A DNA stretch of 64,000 bases, from sequence record LR588166.1; one strand, given 5' to 3'. Shown one piece after another: positions 29,472-39,240 of this stretch. Below the pieces are notes generated by a model. The model ran no database searches. It had not been told where the DNA came from and saw only the letters and a list, made by a program, of their open reading frames with translations. The number at the start of each line of letters is the position of its first letter. Position 1 is the stretch's first letter. A program made the translations under genes and the position numbers.

Positions 29472-29762
29472 ATGAAAAATACACTGTGTCTCGTTGCATT
29501 TTTGGGTCTTACAGTAATAGCTCACACTTATGCAGCAGATTCTGCAAATAAAGACGTGAGTACCCTCACTATGGAACAGGATCTAGAAACATATCTAAAC
29601 GAAGAGTTTGGATTAACAGGGAAAGTTAATTGCAATAATGCCGTTAACGGAATGTTCGAATGTGTCATGCACGACGGACAAAAGAAATACATGTTTGCAT
29701 GCAATGCAGAAGACAGTGTATGCATAGTAGTATCTGTCCCAATTAAAGGAATTCGGTTATGA
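29472..29762 (+). CDS. secreted/periplasmic Cys-containing protein
   Basis: GGAG RBS; signal peptide MKNTLCLVAFLGLTVIAHTYA; 4 Cys in mature part. Confidence 0.75.
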   Translation: MKNTLCLVAFLGLTVIAHTYAADSANKDVSTLTMEQDLETYLNEEFGLTGKVNCNNAVNGMFECVMHDGQKKYMFACNAEDSVCIVVSVPIKGIRL

Positions 29763-29947
29763 AAAAAGCTCTTTCAAGTGTAATAGGTATTATTGTTCTG
29801 TTACTAGGCGTATTTATGGTAGATAATCCTACAATAGGATTAATGCTAGGAGGGTTAGTAGGTAGTTATATTTTCAGCATAGGCGGAGTAATTCTATGTG
29901 TTATATCGTTTATGATATTTGCACTTGCCTTTGTTGAGATGAAATGA
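29759..29947 (+). CDS. small membrane protein
   Basis: Hydrophobic, ATGA overlap. Confidence 0.65.
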   Translation: MKKALSSVIGIIVLLLGVFMVDNPTIGLMLGGLVGSYIFSIGGVILCVISFMIFALAFVEMK

Positions 29948-30121
29948 ATAAATGCATAAACAGGTACTGTATAAAAATAAAGAAAGATTAGATTTTGTCT
30001 GTAATAGTTATATATTTTTCAATGTAATATTCTTCATTTTCATTGCATGCGTTACAAAATAGATCACAAAAAGTTTTAAAATTCAGTTTACAGCATGCAT
30101 AGTTTTACGTATTATAAACAC

Positions 30122-30620
30122 ACAAAGCAATACAGCATAACGCATTGTAAGCAACACTAAACGGGAGACACCGTCCCGCAAGCAGCCCGCCCGCGATGTT
30201 CGCGGGCTGCGGCAAACAGGTGTACAAGGTCTAGTAACGTGGAAGGCGCAGCATACCTTTCCTTAAATCGGAAATCGGTCAATGACGTACCTGCCCCTGG
30301 ACACTGCTAGACCTTGCTGCTACAAGCGGGACAGCTACAAAGGTACACTGTATGTATCTATGCTTTACCCCGCTTTGTAGCAGGTCTTAAAACGGTCTAC
30401 TGGCATATGCCTTAGTGCTAGTAGGAATCATTAACCTAAAACTATTATATGCTTCCTGGAGGTGAAGAGTATGCCGCCGCAGCATTAAATATACATTATG
30501 ATGATGATAATTATGAATGCCGAAACACCGCTTCGATTCGTTTAAAAGACAGATGTCTGAATCGAATGTTTTTGGGCAAAAAGGTCCCTTAGATGGGATT
30601 TTTTTGCGGCTGCTAACTAG
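30122..30620 (+). ncRNA. candidate structured ncRNA (260-500 nt)
   Basis: TTTACA-17-TATTAT at 30087-30115; GC-rich nested helices; no credible ORF. Confidence 0.65.
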
Positions 30621-30721
30621 CAAACGCGAATTAATCTTATTTGCAATTTAAGAAAAATACCAGTTGACTGTAGCTTGTTAACATAGTACATTTAACTCAT
30701 AAATCCGCAGGAGTAGCAGTT

Positions 30722-30889
30722 ATGTCGCTGAAAAAGAAACTTTTAAATTCTGTGCAGATTAAATATTTCGGCAACATTTATACTTACATTTATGATGCCG
30801 TTCATGACGTTATTTATTTCGATAACCAGCAAATGTCTTATGCCGAATTTGAAGAGGCAGTAGACTGTAAGCTAGGAGAAGTTCTGTGA
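30722..30889 (+). CDS. 55 aa hypothetical protein
   Basis: TTGACT-17-TACATT promoter, AGGAG RBS; hand translation. Confidence 0.7.
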   Translation: MSLKKKLLNSVQIKYFGNIYTYIYDAVHDVIYFDNQQMSYAEFEEAVDCKLGEVL

Positions 30890-31161
30890 ATGAATATGTT
30901 GATACACACAGAGCTAAAAGAATACTAATAATTTCTTCTATATGTTTTTTTGTAACTGGCATTCTGATAGGATACAGCCTAGCGTCGAATTCTGAGTCTG
31001 CTTCGTTATATATGCAGTATAAAGAACTTGTAAAGTCTTGCGAAGCAGAATTGCCAAGAAATGAAAATTGCCAAGTAATCGTATATGCTATACCAACACC
31101 TGAAGTAGAAGAAGAGAAACTAGAAATACAAACAATTCTCAGAGGGGTCGAAATAAAATGA
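30886..31161 (+). CDS. membrane-anchored phage protein (CE..LPR...C motif)
   Basis: N-terminal TM; SCEAELPRNENC. Confidence 0.75.
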   Translation: MNEYVDTHRAKRILIISSICFFVTGILIGYSLASNSESASLYMQYKELVKSCEAELPRNENCQVIVYAIPTPEVEEEKLEIQTILRGVEIK

Positions 31162-31394
31162 GCGTATACTGTAATTGCATAGCATGCGGCGGAGATGATC
31201 CGTATGCTGTATGTGAAAATGTGTTAATGGATATCCAAAAGCACAAATATAATACTGGTCCCAGCTGGGGGCTGGTAGTTGCGGCAGTATTGTGTTTGGT
31301 AGGAATGGGATTAGCAGGTAACGCAGCACTATCCGATAAAAAAGAAACACCGTGCGAAACTACACAACAAAAACAAGAGGTGTATAATGAGTGA
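31158..31394 (+). CDS. small membrane protein
   Basis: Cys-rich N-terminus plus TM. Confidence 0.7.
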   Translation: MSVYCNCIACGGDDPYAVCENVLMDIQKHKYNTGPSWGLVVAAVLCLVGMGLAGNAALSDKKETPCETTQQKQEVYNE

Positions 31395-31593
31395 CAAAAC
31401 AACAGACATGCTGGTAGATGAATTTCTGTGCGAGCGTGCATCTTTTTCTCCGTTTAGCGAAGGTGTTCATGCAGCTAAACTAGGGCAGAAATATACAGAC
31501 TGCCCGTATACCAAAAATGAGCCGTATGAACGCAACGAATGGATTCGAGGACATCAAATGTGGCATGATTATTCTGTTAAACAATACAAATAA
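31387..31593 (+). CDS. Rmf/CrpP-fold protein
   Basis: EG..AAKLGQ...DCPY......NEWIRGH matches the RMF pattern G..AG..G....CPY....W..GW. Confidence 0.6.
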   Translation: MSDKTTDMLVDEFLCERASFSPFSEGVHAAKLGQKYTDCPYTKNEPYERNEWIRGHQMWHDYSVKQYK

Positions 31594-31608
31594 TATTCAG
31601 AGGATATT

Positions 31609-31812
31609 ATGAAGAAACTATCTATGTGCGATTTTGCCAAATGGAAGGCAAACTATTATAGCACTAATAAATCCGGTCAGCCACTCCGGCTAGGACAAGC
31701 ATTTATTAACGAATTTTCCGAACAGGGTGATATGCCTCAGCCAAATCTATATTATGAAGAAGATAATGCAACTGCTGAGCTTATCATTCTAGAAAAATAC
31801 ATTATATACTAA
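31609..31812 (+). CDS. conserved phage hypothetical protein (LRLGQ.F.N motif)
   Basis: GAGG RBS; motif. Confidence 0.75.
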   Translation: MKKLSMCDFAKWKANYYSTNKSGQPLRLGQAFINEFSEQGDMPQPNLYYEEDNATAELIILEKYIIY

Positions 31813-31822
31813 GGAAGTAGTA

Positions 31823-32017
31823 ATGTATCTTGCACACCTATTTGCTTTGGTCCCGTCTATGTTTGCAGTATTAATTAATGCTATCTTTATCAAATACGGC
31901 TTGGGACCTGCTGCCATAATAGTATTTATGGCATTAGTTGTAACTGTAACAGGAATTGGGTCTGTAATAGATATGATGCGTGCATTGTCTGAAGTAGACA
32001 ATATTATTGATAGATAG
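31823..32017 (+). CDS. small two-TM protein
   Basis: AAGGA RBS; hydrophobic. Confidence 0.65.
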   Translation: MYLAHLFALVPSMFAVLINAIFIKYGLGPAAIIVFMALVVTVTGIGSVIDMMRALSEVDNIIDR

Positions 32018-32342
32018 TATTTATGTATGCATAAGAGAACTTATGAAACTCAATGAAGTTACTACAATTGCCGATCTAGACAATATTCCTGTCACTGACA
32101 AATTTATAGTTGTCGGCGAAGATATGGTAGGTCTTGCTTTTATCGATAACAATGGAAAGTTAAATGATGGATTCTTTTTTGAGTGTACTTATACTCAGAA
32201 TAAGGAACAAATATTTAAAGCCGTTCAACAATTGAAAAAACAAGTAGATGAATTAAATAATTGTAATAAAGAGAAAGTTATAGCACATATCATGCGAGCT
32301 CCTGAGTTTGCATATGTTTGGGTATACTTTGAACAAAAATAA
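32007..32342 (+). CDS. hypothetical protein
   Basis: ORF; true start possibly a downstream ATG (MKLNEV). Confidence 0.65.
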   Translation: MIDSIYVCIRELMKLNEVTTIADLDNIPVTDKFIVVGEDMVGLAFIDNNGKLNDGFFFECTYTQNKEQIFKAVQQLKKQVDELNNCNKEKVIAHIMRAPEFAYVWVYFEQK

Positions 32343-32712
32343 TAGTTCTATATTTTTTGATATATGCAAACGCAAATAATTAGAATTTGCAGAATCTGTT
32401 ACAAACTTTCTGTTTGTATCAAATACAATCATGCTATAATAGTTTATAATAAAAATGTAGGCATACTATCACGGTGTGTTTGACAGAACTGCTGTTCCTA
32501 TTAGTAAAGGGTTTGAGTTCGACGACGGACAAAATAAGAAGTAATTCTTAACAGCTAGCACCAAAAGAACAAAGATGAAGTTTATTCTTTGTCTAAAGAT
32601 TAAGTTTGCTGAGAAATTTGATAAGAAACTTCAACTGCTTGATTATATCAATAGTGCATTTATCATGCATTGAACAGAAAAGAAGTACTCTTTTATCTAC
32701 GAGGAAAAGCAA

Positions 32713-32928
32713 ATGAAATACAAAATCATTCTTCAAAACCGTAGCAATGGTGTTGTCGCTGAATTTTCGGTAGATAACGAAATTAATCCCGAGATCATGG
32801 ATACTTCTATTATTGTTCATGAAGGGACATCGTATATGTATACCGGTTCGGGCGGTTCTTACTACGATACCATTTATTTCAGTGAAATATATAAGACCAC
32901 TAACACGACAGACTTGTCGTTGCTATAA
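32713..32928 (+). CDS. hypothetical protein
   Basis: GAGG RBS. Confidence 0.7.
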   Translation: MKYKIILQNRSNGVVAEFSVDNEINPEIMDTSIIVHEGTSYMYTGSGGSYYDTIYFSEIYKTTNTTDLSLL

Positions 32929-33001
32929 CAGAAAACGCTTTACAATAGCTCTAAATGTGCTATTATGTAGTTGTACATAAAATAACGCAGGAGATTATAT
33001 C

Positions 33002-33199
33002 ATGCGTAGCACAATCGGAGTAGAACATGCATCGAGAGAAATTCTTTCTGCATGGGTCGATGTAATGCAGCAACTCAACTGTGAGCATTTCTATAGCGAA
33101 CTGAAAAACAATGCAGTTCGCTTAGATTTACAGGAATATATGTATACTGAACGTCTTGTTCAGTATTATACAGATCTTCCAGTCACCAATGCTGTTTGA
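33002..33199 (+). CDS. hypothetical protein
   Basis: sigma70 promoter, AGGAG RBS, terminator at 33230-33258. Confidence 0.75.
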   Translation: MRSTIGVEHASREILSAWVDVMQQLNCEHFYSELKNNAVRLDLQEYMYTERLVQYYTDLPVTNAV

Positions 33200-33377
33200 T
33201 GCCTTCGCCGGGCGTGAACTACATTTATTAGGAAAGGGGCTTAAACCCCTTTCCTTTTGAATGTTAAGTGTAAGTGCAAATTAATCTTATTTACTTGTTA
33301 CAATTTAGTTCTTGAATTCACACATAACAGTATGTATAGTTTTAATATATAAGATACCAACATGCGAGGTTGTAAAA

Positions 33378-33830
33378 ATGAAACTTCATAAAATGAATGG
33401 TAATGTTTTTATTCGGTTTGAAGTAGATACTTCATCGGATAATTTTGTAGAAAAAGTTTACGAAGAAATTATGCAGCTTCCTGCAAAATTGTATTTCGAA
33501 AAGATAGAACATAGAACTTGGGTCTGTAACTTTTACACAGGCTACGACGAATTGGTAGAATTCGTCAATGAAATAAAAGACAGAGTTAGTTCAGAAGGTG
33601 TTTTCTTTGACAGGCCATTACAGCTAACTCTTATCAATTCAGGCGGGGTAGAAGTAAATATTTCCGATATAGAACCAGATCTTCATTATCTCTTTGATAA
33701 CGATATTACAACTACAAAACTTATCTCTATGGAAGGATCTTGCAATATGGTAGATTTGCTCATGTGCGAATGGGTACCTATTGGCATTCGAACTTCTATT
33801 GCTAAGGCATTTACTGACAAATTTTTGTAA
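33378..33830 (+). CDS. hypothetical protein
   Basis: GAGGT RBS before ATG 33378. Confidence 0.75.
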   Translation: MKLHKMNGNVFIRFEVDTSSDNFVEKVYEEIMQLPAKLYFEKIEHRTWVCNFYTGYDELVEFVNEIKDRVSSEGVFFDRPLQLTLINSGGVEVNISDIEPDLHYLFDNDITTTKLISMEGSCNMVDLLMCEWVPIGIRTSIAKAFTDKFL

Positions 33831-33922
33831 TAAAATACCTGTTGACGCATATAGCAATATGCGCAATAATATGCACGAAAGCAAGAACAGATCCAAATAA
33901 CCTTTTTATAAGAGATTATATT

Positions 33923-34570
33923 ATGTCTAAGTATCTTTCTTTTAGCGTAAACGTAGACATGGACAATACCGGTCTGCTGAAATGGTTGCGTCCTACCACC
34001 GGTCGACTGGATGGATTCGAAGAGAGTGTTAAAAACTTCGTTTCTTCTTTCCGCTCAATCGAGTCGAGCCCTACGGTGTTTCAAGTTTACGATGACGATA
34101 ACCAGCCGTTGCAAGTAAGCAACATGAGCTGCTTCTTCCGATACTTTCCGGTGTATGGTATGTGCCTTGCACCGGGTTCGATGGTCAGGGAACAATATCG
34201 TCGGGAGATCCTCGACTATACTACTGACGAGTTCTGTTCATTCAGTAACTACTTCAGTGACGGCAAGGCCATCCGCGGCGGGGCAGTCTTGTGGTGGGAT
34301 GTAGAGAAAGACTTGGTATGGTCTGTTAGTCCCGAATTGATTCGCCTTGTATATGCCCGCTTGCAAAGTGATATGGACATCGGGTGGTATCATCTCGGGC
34401 AAGAAGTTATGGCTGTAGTTCCCCTTCGTTCGTATCCCAACGATGTTGCCCGATGGAAATATGTACAAGGTAATATCTGCGGCATCGATGATCAAGTGAG
34501 CATTCGCAGCAATGTCGACGGTCGAGTCACCCGGCTTAATTGGGAATACATCGTGAACCAAGGGGGATAA
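33923..34570 (+). CDS. hypothetical protein (215 aa)
   Basis: TTGACG promoter upstream; ATG at 33923. Confidence 0.8.
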   Translation: MSKYLSFSVNVDMDNTGLLKWLRPTTGRLDGFEESVKNFVSSFRSIESSPTVFQVYDDDNQPLQVSNMSCFFRYFPVYGMCLAPGSMVREQYRREILDYTTDEFCSFSNYFSDGKAIRGGAVLWWDVEKDLVWSVSPELIRLVYARLQSDMDIGWYHLGQEVMAVVPLRSYPNDVARWKYVQGNICGIDDQVSIRSNVDGRVTRLNWEYIVNQGG

Positions 34571-34571
34571 T

Positions 34572-34799
34572 ATGGGCGGTCTTGCTAATATAGTTGCATG
34601 CATAGCTTCTATTGTTGCAATTGTTACTGGAAATATCTGGTATTTTATCGCACTGTTGCTATGCACAGCATTTATGTCGCCCGAACGAAAAGGATCATTA
34701 ATTGATGTATTTTCGGTCATTGTCGGGATTGGTGCTATATTTAACGGAGACATTGCATGGGGCATAGTGTTCATAGCATTAGTGATAATAGTTAAATAG
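34572..34799 (+). CDS. small hydrophobic membrane protein
   Basis: GGGGG RBS; terminator at 34799-34829. Confidence 0.7.
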   Translation: MGGLANIVACIASIVAIVTGNIWYFIALLLCTAFMSPERKGSLIDVFSVIVGIGAIFNGDIAWGIVFIALVIIVK

Positions 34800-35234
34800 A
34801 AAGGAAGGGGGTTTAACCCCTTCCTTTTATTGTAGGTGTTAAATGTCATCAATTTTTTATCTTAGCAAATGGACAGAATACATAGTAATTTTAAACAATA
34901 AGAGAATAAGGTTAAGTACAGCGAAATATTCTATAGGATATGTATCACTAGAAACACCTCGTCGCACATTTTACTGGACACTTTTTAAATGAAATACAAT
35001 AATCATATCTAAGTAGATACCTACCTTTATATCAAAAACTATTTTATGAAATATATTTCCTAAATCATATTACAAAAGTTATATTTGAATTTCGGATTCA
35101 TATCTCAACCTTGCATTGCAATATAAAATGCGAATATGAGTGTGCTATATGTATTTGCATATGCATGTACATACGCATAAACGTATTAAGAAATACAATT
35201 TATTTTATCCTATACAATTATCTTTAATACCTAT

Positions 35235-35579
35235 ATGTTGTTTGATAATAAAAGTATAATAAGTAAAAGATATTATCCATTGTATAATGGTTTTAATATA
35301 TTTCGCTGTAGTGTTGGATTTATATATTTTTCATATGATAAAATGTCATTTATTCACGACATATTCATGCAAACCATTTCGTTGTTCCTTATGACGTTAT
35401 TATTGTTTTTACTTATAACTCCGTTATATTATATAGGATTGAAAAATCCAGTCAATATAACTACATTTGTTTCGTGTTTAATAATAACCATTCTTATAAC
35501 AAGTTATTATTTTATGTCAGTTTTGACTTATATATTCTGTATTACTGTTCAGTCAAAAATTTATAAAAGAAAGAAATAA
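35235..35579 (+). CDS. AT-rich membrane protein
   Basis: Two TM stretches. Confidence 0.5.
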   Translation: MLFDNKSIISKRYYPLYNGFNIFRCSVGFIYFSYDKMSFIHDIFMQTISLFLMTLLLFLLITPLYYIGLKNPVNITTFVSCLIITILITSYYFMSVLTYIFCITVQSKIYKRKK

Positions 35580-35584
35580 TTTAG

Positions 35585-35678
35585 TTTCTTTTTCTTTTTC
35601 ATTATCTTTTTCTTTTTCATTATCTTTTTCTTTATCTTTTTCTTTATCTTTTTCTTTATCTTTTTCTTTATCTTTTAT
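35585..35678. repeat. 12-bp pyrimidine-rich tandem repeat (TTATCTTTTTCT)
   Basis: About 6 copies immediately before the 35682-35765 box cluster. Confidence 0.85.
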
Positions 35679-36149
35679 CATTGCAAATACAAATAATAAT
35701 TATTCTTATTTGCATTTAGTGATGTAAATAATTCTTATTTGTAATTGCGATTAATTCTTATTTGCTACAATAGATAGAATAAGAATAATTCACATTTGCA
35801 ATGCCGCTAAAAGCGCTGTAAGCGCTGTATGCTGTGTAGTAATGCTAAGCAATGCATTAGTACAGCTACGCGCACAAACGCTGTTATACGCGCTTGTAGC
35901 GCGTTTTAGGGCCCATGCGCATGCGTACACCTGTAGCTTTACATAGCAAAATGCAGAAAAGACGTCGTCTATTAACGTGCCTGTCTTAATAGAAATATAC
36001 AATTGTACAATACCAGCGAAATCCTACACACTACAGACATGCAAACAAGCAACGTGCTTGCAAGCATAAAAGTTTTTAAAAAGTAGTAGACATTGTGTAG
36101 CATCCCTAGTAAGCTACACACACATAAACAACACAACGGAGTACAAGCT

Positions 36150-36617
36150 ATGTCTAATGTAAGCATCCCTGCAGTAACGGTAGAGAATATCGGCACCCTG
36201 CGCATTGTGCGCACCGCTAACAAGGAGGTCGGAAGTGTGCTCGACCTAAAAGTTAACGGGGTAGTAGTAGGGCAAGCTTTCCCGCTCTACAGCACAAAAA
36301 CCCAGCGTAGCTGGAACGCGAGCATGCACGCTACCGTTAACGGCGTAGAGGTGCAGTTTGCACAGGAAGGCGTGTTCAGTGCAATCCGCATTGCACGGGC
36401 GTTCGAGGATGCAGTAAAGTATGCCGTTAGCAACGGCGAGCAAGGGCAACCCCTCCCCGCGCCGGCGGCGCAGTCCGATGCCCCGGCAACGGCAGAAGCG
36501 CAAGCAGAAGCCCCGGCGGCGCAGACCGAGGATGCGCCGGAGACCCCGGCAGCCGAAGCTAAGCCCGCCCGCAAAGGCGGCAGCAAAGGCGGCAGCAAGG
36601 GCGGCAGCAAAAAGTAA
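36150..36617 (+). CDS. VFSAIRI-family protein 2 with Ala/Pro/Lys/Gly tail
   Basis: TAGACA-17-TAAGCT promoter, GGAG RBS, ATG 36150; tail KGGSKGGSKGGSKK. Confidence 0.85.
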   Translation: MSNVSIPAVTVENIGTLRIVRTANKEVGSVLDLKVNGVVVGQAFPLYSTKTQRSWNASMHATVNGVEVQFAQEGVFSAIRIARAFEDAVKYAVSNGEQGQPLPAPAAQSDAPATAEAQAEAPAAQTEDAPETPAAEAKPARKGGSKGGSKGGSKK

Positions 36618-36630
36618 GCGCTGCTAACAC

Positions 36631-36745
36631 AGGAAAGGGGCAACTGCCCCTTTCCTTTTATGCCCTAGTTGTAAATGCAAATTAATCTTATTTGCATTTG
36701 CACAAGTCAATCTCCTGTTGCATTACTGCGGTAAGATGTTAGTAT
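36631..36745 (+). promoter_or_regulatory. terminator + Fur-like box + sigma70 promoter cassette
   Basis: AGGAAAGGGG-CAACTG-CCCCTTTCCTTTT, then TGCAAATTAATCTTATTTGCATTTGCA, then TTGCAT...TGtTAGTAT. Confidence 0.75.
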
Positions 36746-36785
36746 GTGCTTAGCAGTAACACATAACTAGCAGGAGCAATAGACA

Positions 36786-37034
36786 ATGGCTAAAGTATTG
36801 CATGTTAACAGCATCGGCAACATCGCCGAAGTGTTTACATCTGTAGACCTCGATAGTGCCTTGTTGCACGCAATCAAACGCTGTGCAACGATGGGCAAGG
36901 TTGAGGTTGTTGGTCCCAACGCTCCCGTGTTTGCTAGACACTACGACGCACTGACGGCGTACGACGTGCAGTGGCGCCTCGTTCCTCCGGGCTGCGGCGT
37001 TACCGTGTACGTCATTGCCGAAGACAGCAATTAA
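36786..37034 (+). CDS. hypothetical protein
   Basis: AGGAG RBS. Confidence 0.75.
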   Translation: MAKVLHVNSIGNIAEVFTSVDLDSALLHAIKRCATMGKVEVVGPNAPVFARHYDALTAYDVQWRLVPPGCGVTVYVIAEDSN

Positions 37035-37045
37035 GGAGAGACACC

Positions 37046-37348
37046 ATGAATCTCGTTCATTTGTGGATCAACGGGCGTGCTGTAACTGCCCGCAAGGTTG
37101 TCGGTAAGCACATTGTCCGCAATCCGAATAGTCCGATCGATATCGAGACTATCGACGTTGTTCGACTGCGTCTGCCCCGTGGTGTTCGTGCTAGCAGTTG
37201 GGCACTCCGTAAGGCAGTGTACCAGCTCATGGAGCAAAGCTGTAGCTGCTCGAGAGACTGTTGTGGACACTGGTTCGGCGGCGCACGCAAGATCTACATT
37301 AAAGGCAGAGACGTCAGTGTAGTTGCCGGGTACCAGCGCAATTACTAA
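37046..37348 (+). CDS. phage protein with C.C..DCCG.W motif
   Basis: AAGGAG RBS, ATG 37046; SCSCSRDCCGHWF. Confidence 0.8.
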   Translation: MNLVHLWINGRAVTARKVVGKHIVRNPNSPIDIETIDVVRLRLPRGVRASSWALRKAVYQLMEQSCSCSRDCCGHWFGGARKIYIKGRDVSVVAGYQRNY

Positions 37349-37416
37349 AGGAAAGGGGGCAACTGCCCCTTTCCTTTTATGTCCTAAGTGTAAATGCAAA
37401 TTATTCTTATTTGCAC
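37349..37416 (+). terminator. terminator + Fur-like box cassette (near copy of 36631)
   Basis: AGGAAAGGGGGCAACTGCCCCTTTCCTTTTATGTCCTAAGTGTAAATGCAAATTATTCTTATTTGCAC. Confidence 0.8.
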
Positions 37417-37566
37417 AGGGCAGTGAGATGCGAATGCAAACAAGAGGCATTCTTGATACGGCTGGGTGATAAGAATTGTTCACAAAAAGAAAAAGCTTGC
37501 GTTATGCTACACAGGTGCTAGTATGTGTATTGCAGTACCTATAAACATTAATAGCAGGATAAGAAA

Positions 37567-37887
37567 ATGGTTGACTTCAAAGGTTTTAACTGGGACGCAC
37601 TAGACCCAGAGGACAACGTTTCCACAGTTTCCATTAAAAATCACTACGAGGAACTCCTACAAAGTTTTGTTGACAACGGCATAGACTATGTGTTAGTCCG
37701 GCTGTCCCAGGAACTGCCGCACTACGAGGATTCAGATTATCCCTGCTACAAATTGGTTGACAAGTATGCAGGATGGATAGTAGGCTGGGACTACTACGGA
37801 TTTGTTGTGGAACGCATGGACACACGCCTTTTCTTTGACAACGGTACTGCAAAGGGTGTAATGGACTTTCTGGAAGCTAACAGCTAG
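37567..37887 (+). CDS. hypothetical protein
   Basis: TTGCGT...TAGTAT promoter; AGGA RBS; terminator at ~37893-37922. Confidence 0.8.
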   Translation: MVDFKGFNWDALDPEDNVSTVSIKNHYEELLQSFVDNGIDYVLVRLSQELPHYEDSDYPCYKLVDKYAGWIVGWDYYGFVVERMDTRLFFDNGTAKGVMDFLEANS

Positions 37888-38329
37888 CACAAAAAAGGAA
37901 GGGGCGCAAGCCCTTTTCTTTTGTCTGCAATTTCTGTGCAAATAAGAACTATTACAGTTGTGGTAAAAGCACAATGCAAATAAGACGCATTCTTGATTAG
38001 GCCTGATAATAAGTTCTTATTAACAGAAAAGAAACCGAATAAGAATAATTCTGAAAAAATAACCCTGCAGCGTAACACAAAGAGCTTGCAATTTGTAAGC
38101 CCTTTTTAATATGCATTTGTTAAGATTAGTTCTTATTTGCAATGATAATATCCCCGCCACGCAAATAAGAACTAATCTTAGAACAAATATTCACTTGATT
38201 TTTCTCCCAATATAGTGTATGTCTATATTAGATAAGATTAAGTCTTGTTTGCTTGTTACATTTTATATGTTGCAATGCTAAGGCAATGACAATATTATAT
38301 GTACAGCAACACAAAACAGGAGATATAAC

Positions 38330-38635
38330 ATGTCAGCAGAATTGAAGCGGTTGTTAGAGATTTTTCCAACCTTTAAATCATTCATTTATGCTAAAGGGGC
38401 ATATGGCATTGATGTTTGGAAGGCTACAGGTAGTGTTACTTTGGAACAGGTAACCAATGCTGTTAATGCAGGTAATGCAGAATGGCAATGTAAAGGTGAT
38501 CCAACATGCAGCCTGGAACAAAACAGCATGTATATTTTCATTACTATTCAGGAACCAGACTACACAGGAATGGTTGATATTGATATTTGTGTAAAGATTA
38601 CTAACGGTAATGAAGTAAGTTATCAAATAGCATAA
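38330..38635 (+). CDS. hypothetical protein
   Basis: TTGCAA-17-TATTAT promoter; AGGAG RBS. Confidence 0.8.
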   Translation: MSAELKRLLEIFPTFKSFIYAKGAYGIDVWKATGSVTLEQVTNAVNAGNAEWQCKGDPTCSLEQNSMYIFITIQEPDYTGMVDIDICVKITNGNEVSYQIA

Positions 38636-38637
38636 TA

Positions 38638-38698
38638 AAGGAAAGGGGCAACTGCCCCTTTCCTTATGACCATTGATGCAAACTATTCTTATTTGCAC
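38638..38698 (+). terminator. terminator + Fur-like box cassette
   Basis: AAGGAAAGGGGCAACTGCCCCTTTCCTTATGACCATTGATGCAAACTATTCTTATTTGCAC. Confidence 0.8.
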
Positions 38699-38771
38699 AT
38701 CAAAAAAATATCTATTGAATTCTATTATTATGATGCTATTATATATAGTGTAATTAACTCGGAGTAAAGTT

Positions 38772-39059
38772 ATGCAACCTCTAAAGCAATTGCCACAAAA
38801 CTACGCAATAATCACTCCAACTAGTGTTACTAATTTTAGCTGCACCTTTTCTGAAGCCTATTGCAAAATAAAAGCAGAATGCAAAAACGTTTTCTGTTGG
38901 GTTCGTTGGGGTGACCACGGCGTTGCAATGAAGCGCCGAATTGATCCACCGTATGTAGTGTATCGAAACAACGGACGACAACGAAAAGCAGTTCTTGTAA
39001 ACGTAGACAAAGCCCCTGTTAATTGGCAAGACGAACTTAAACAACTATACAAATGGTAA
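38772..39059 (+). CDS. hypothetical protein
   Basis: GGAG RBS; followed by terminator + box at 39061-39123. Confidence 0.8.
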   Translation: MQPLKQLPQNYAIITPTSVTNFSCTFSEAYCKIKAECKNVFCWVRWGDHGVAMKRRIDPPYVVYRNNGRQRKAVLVNVDKAPVNWQDELKQLYKW

Positions 39060-39240
39060 TTAAGAAAAGGGCTATTATAGCCCTTTTCTTATGACCGTTA
39101 ATGCAAACTATTCTTATTTGCACGATCCCGCGCTTATAACACAAGTATGTTACAAAAGCAAGAATAAAATTAACTTGACACCTATATGTAGAATATAGCA
39201 CAATGTGTTTATAAATTATATTACTACAGGAGTGTTAACC

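Noticed and set aside
32505-32545. tmRNA or tRNA-like GGGTTTGAGTTCGACG
   Set aside because: No acceptor stem, T-arm or CCA end; no tRNA cloverleaf seen anywhere in the window
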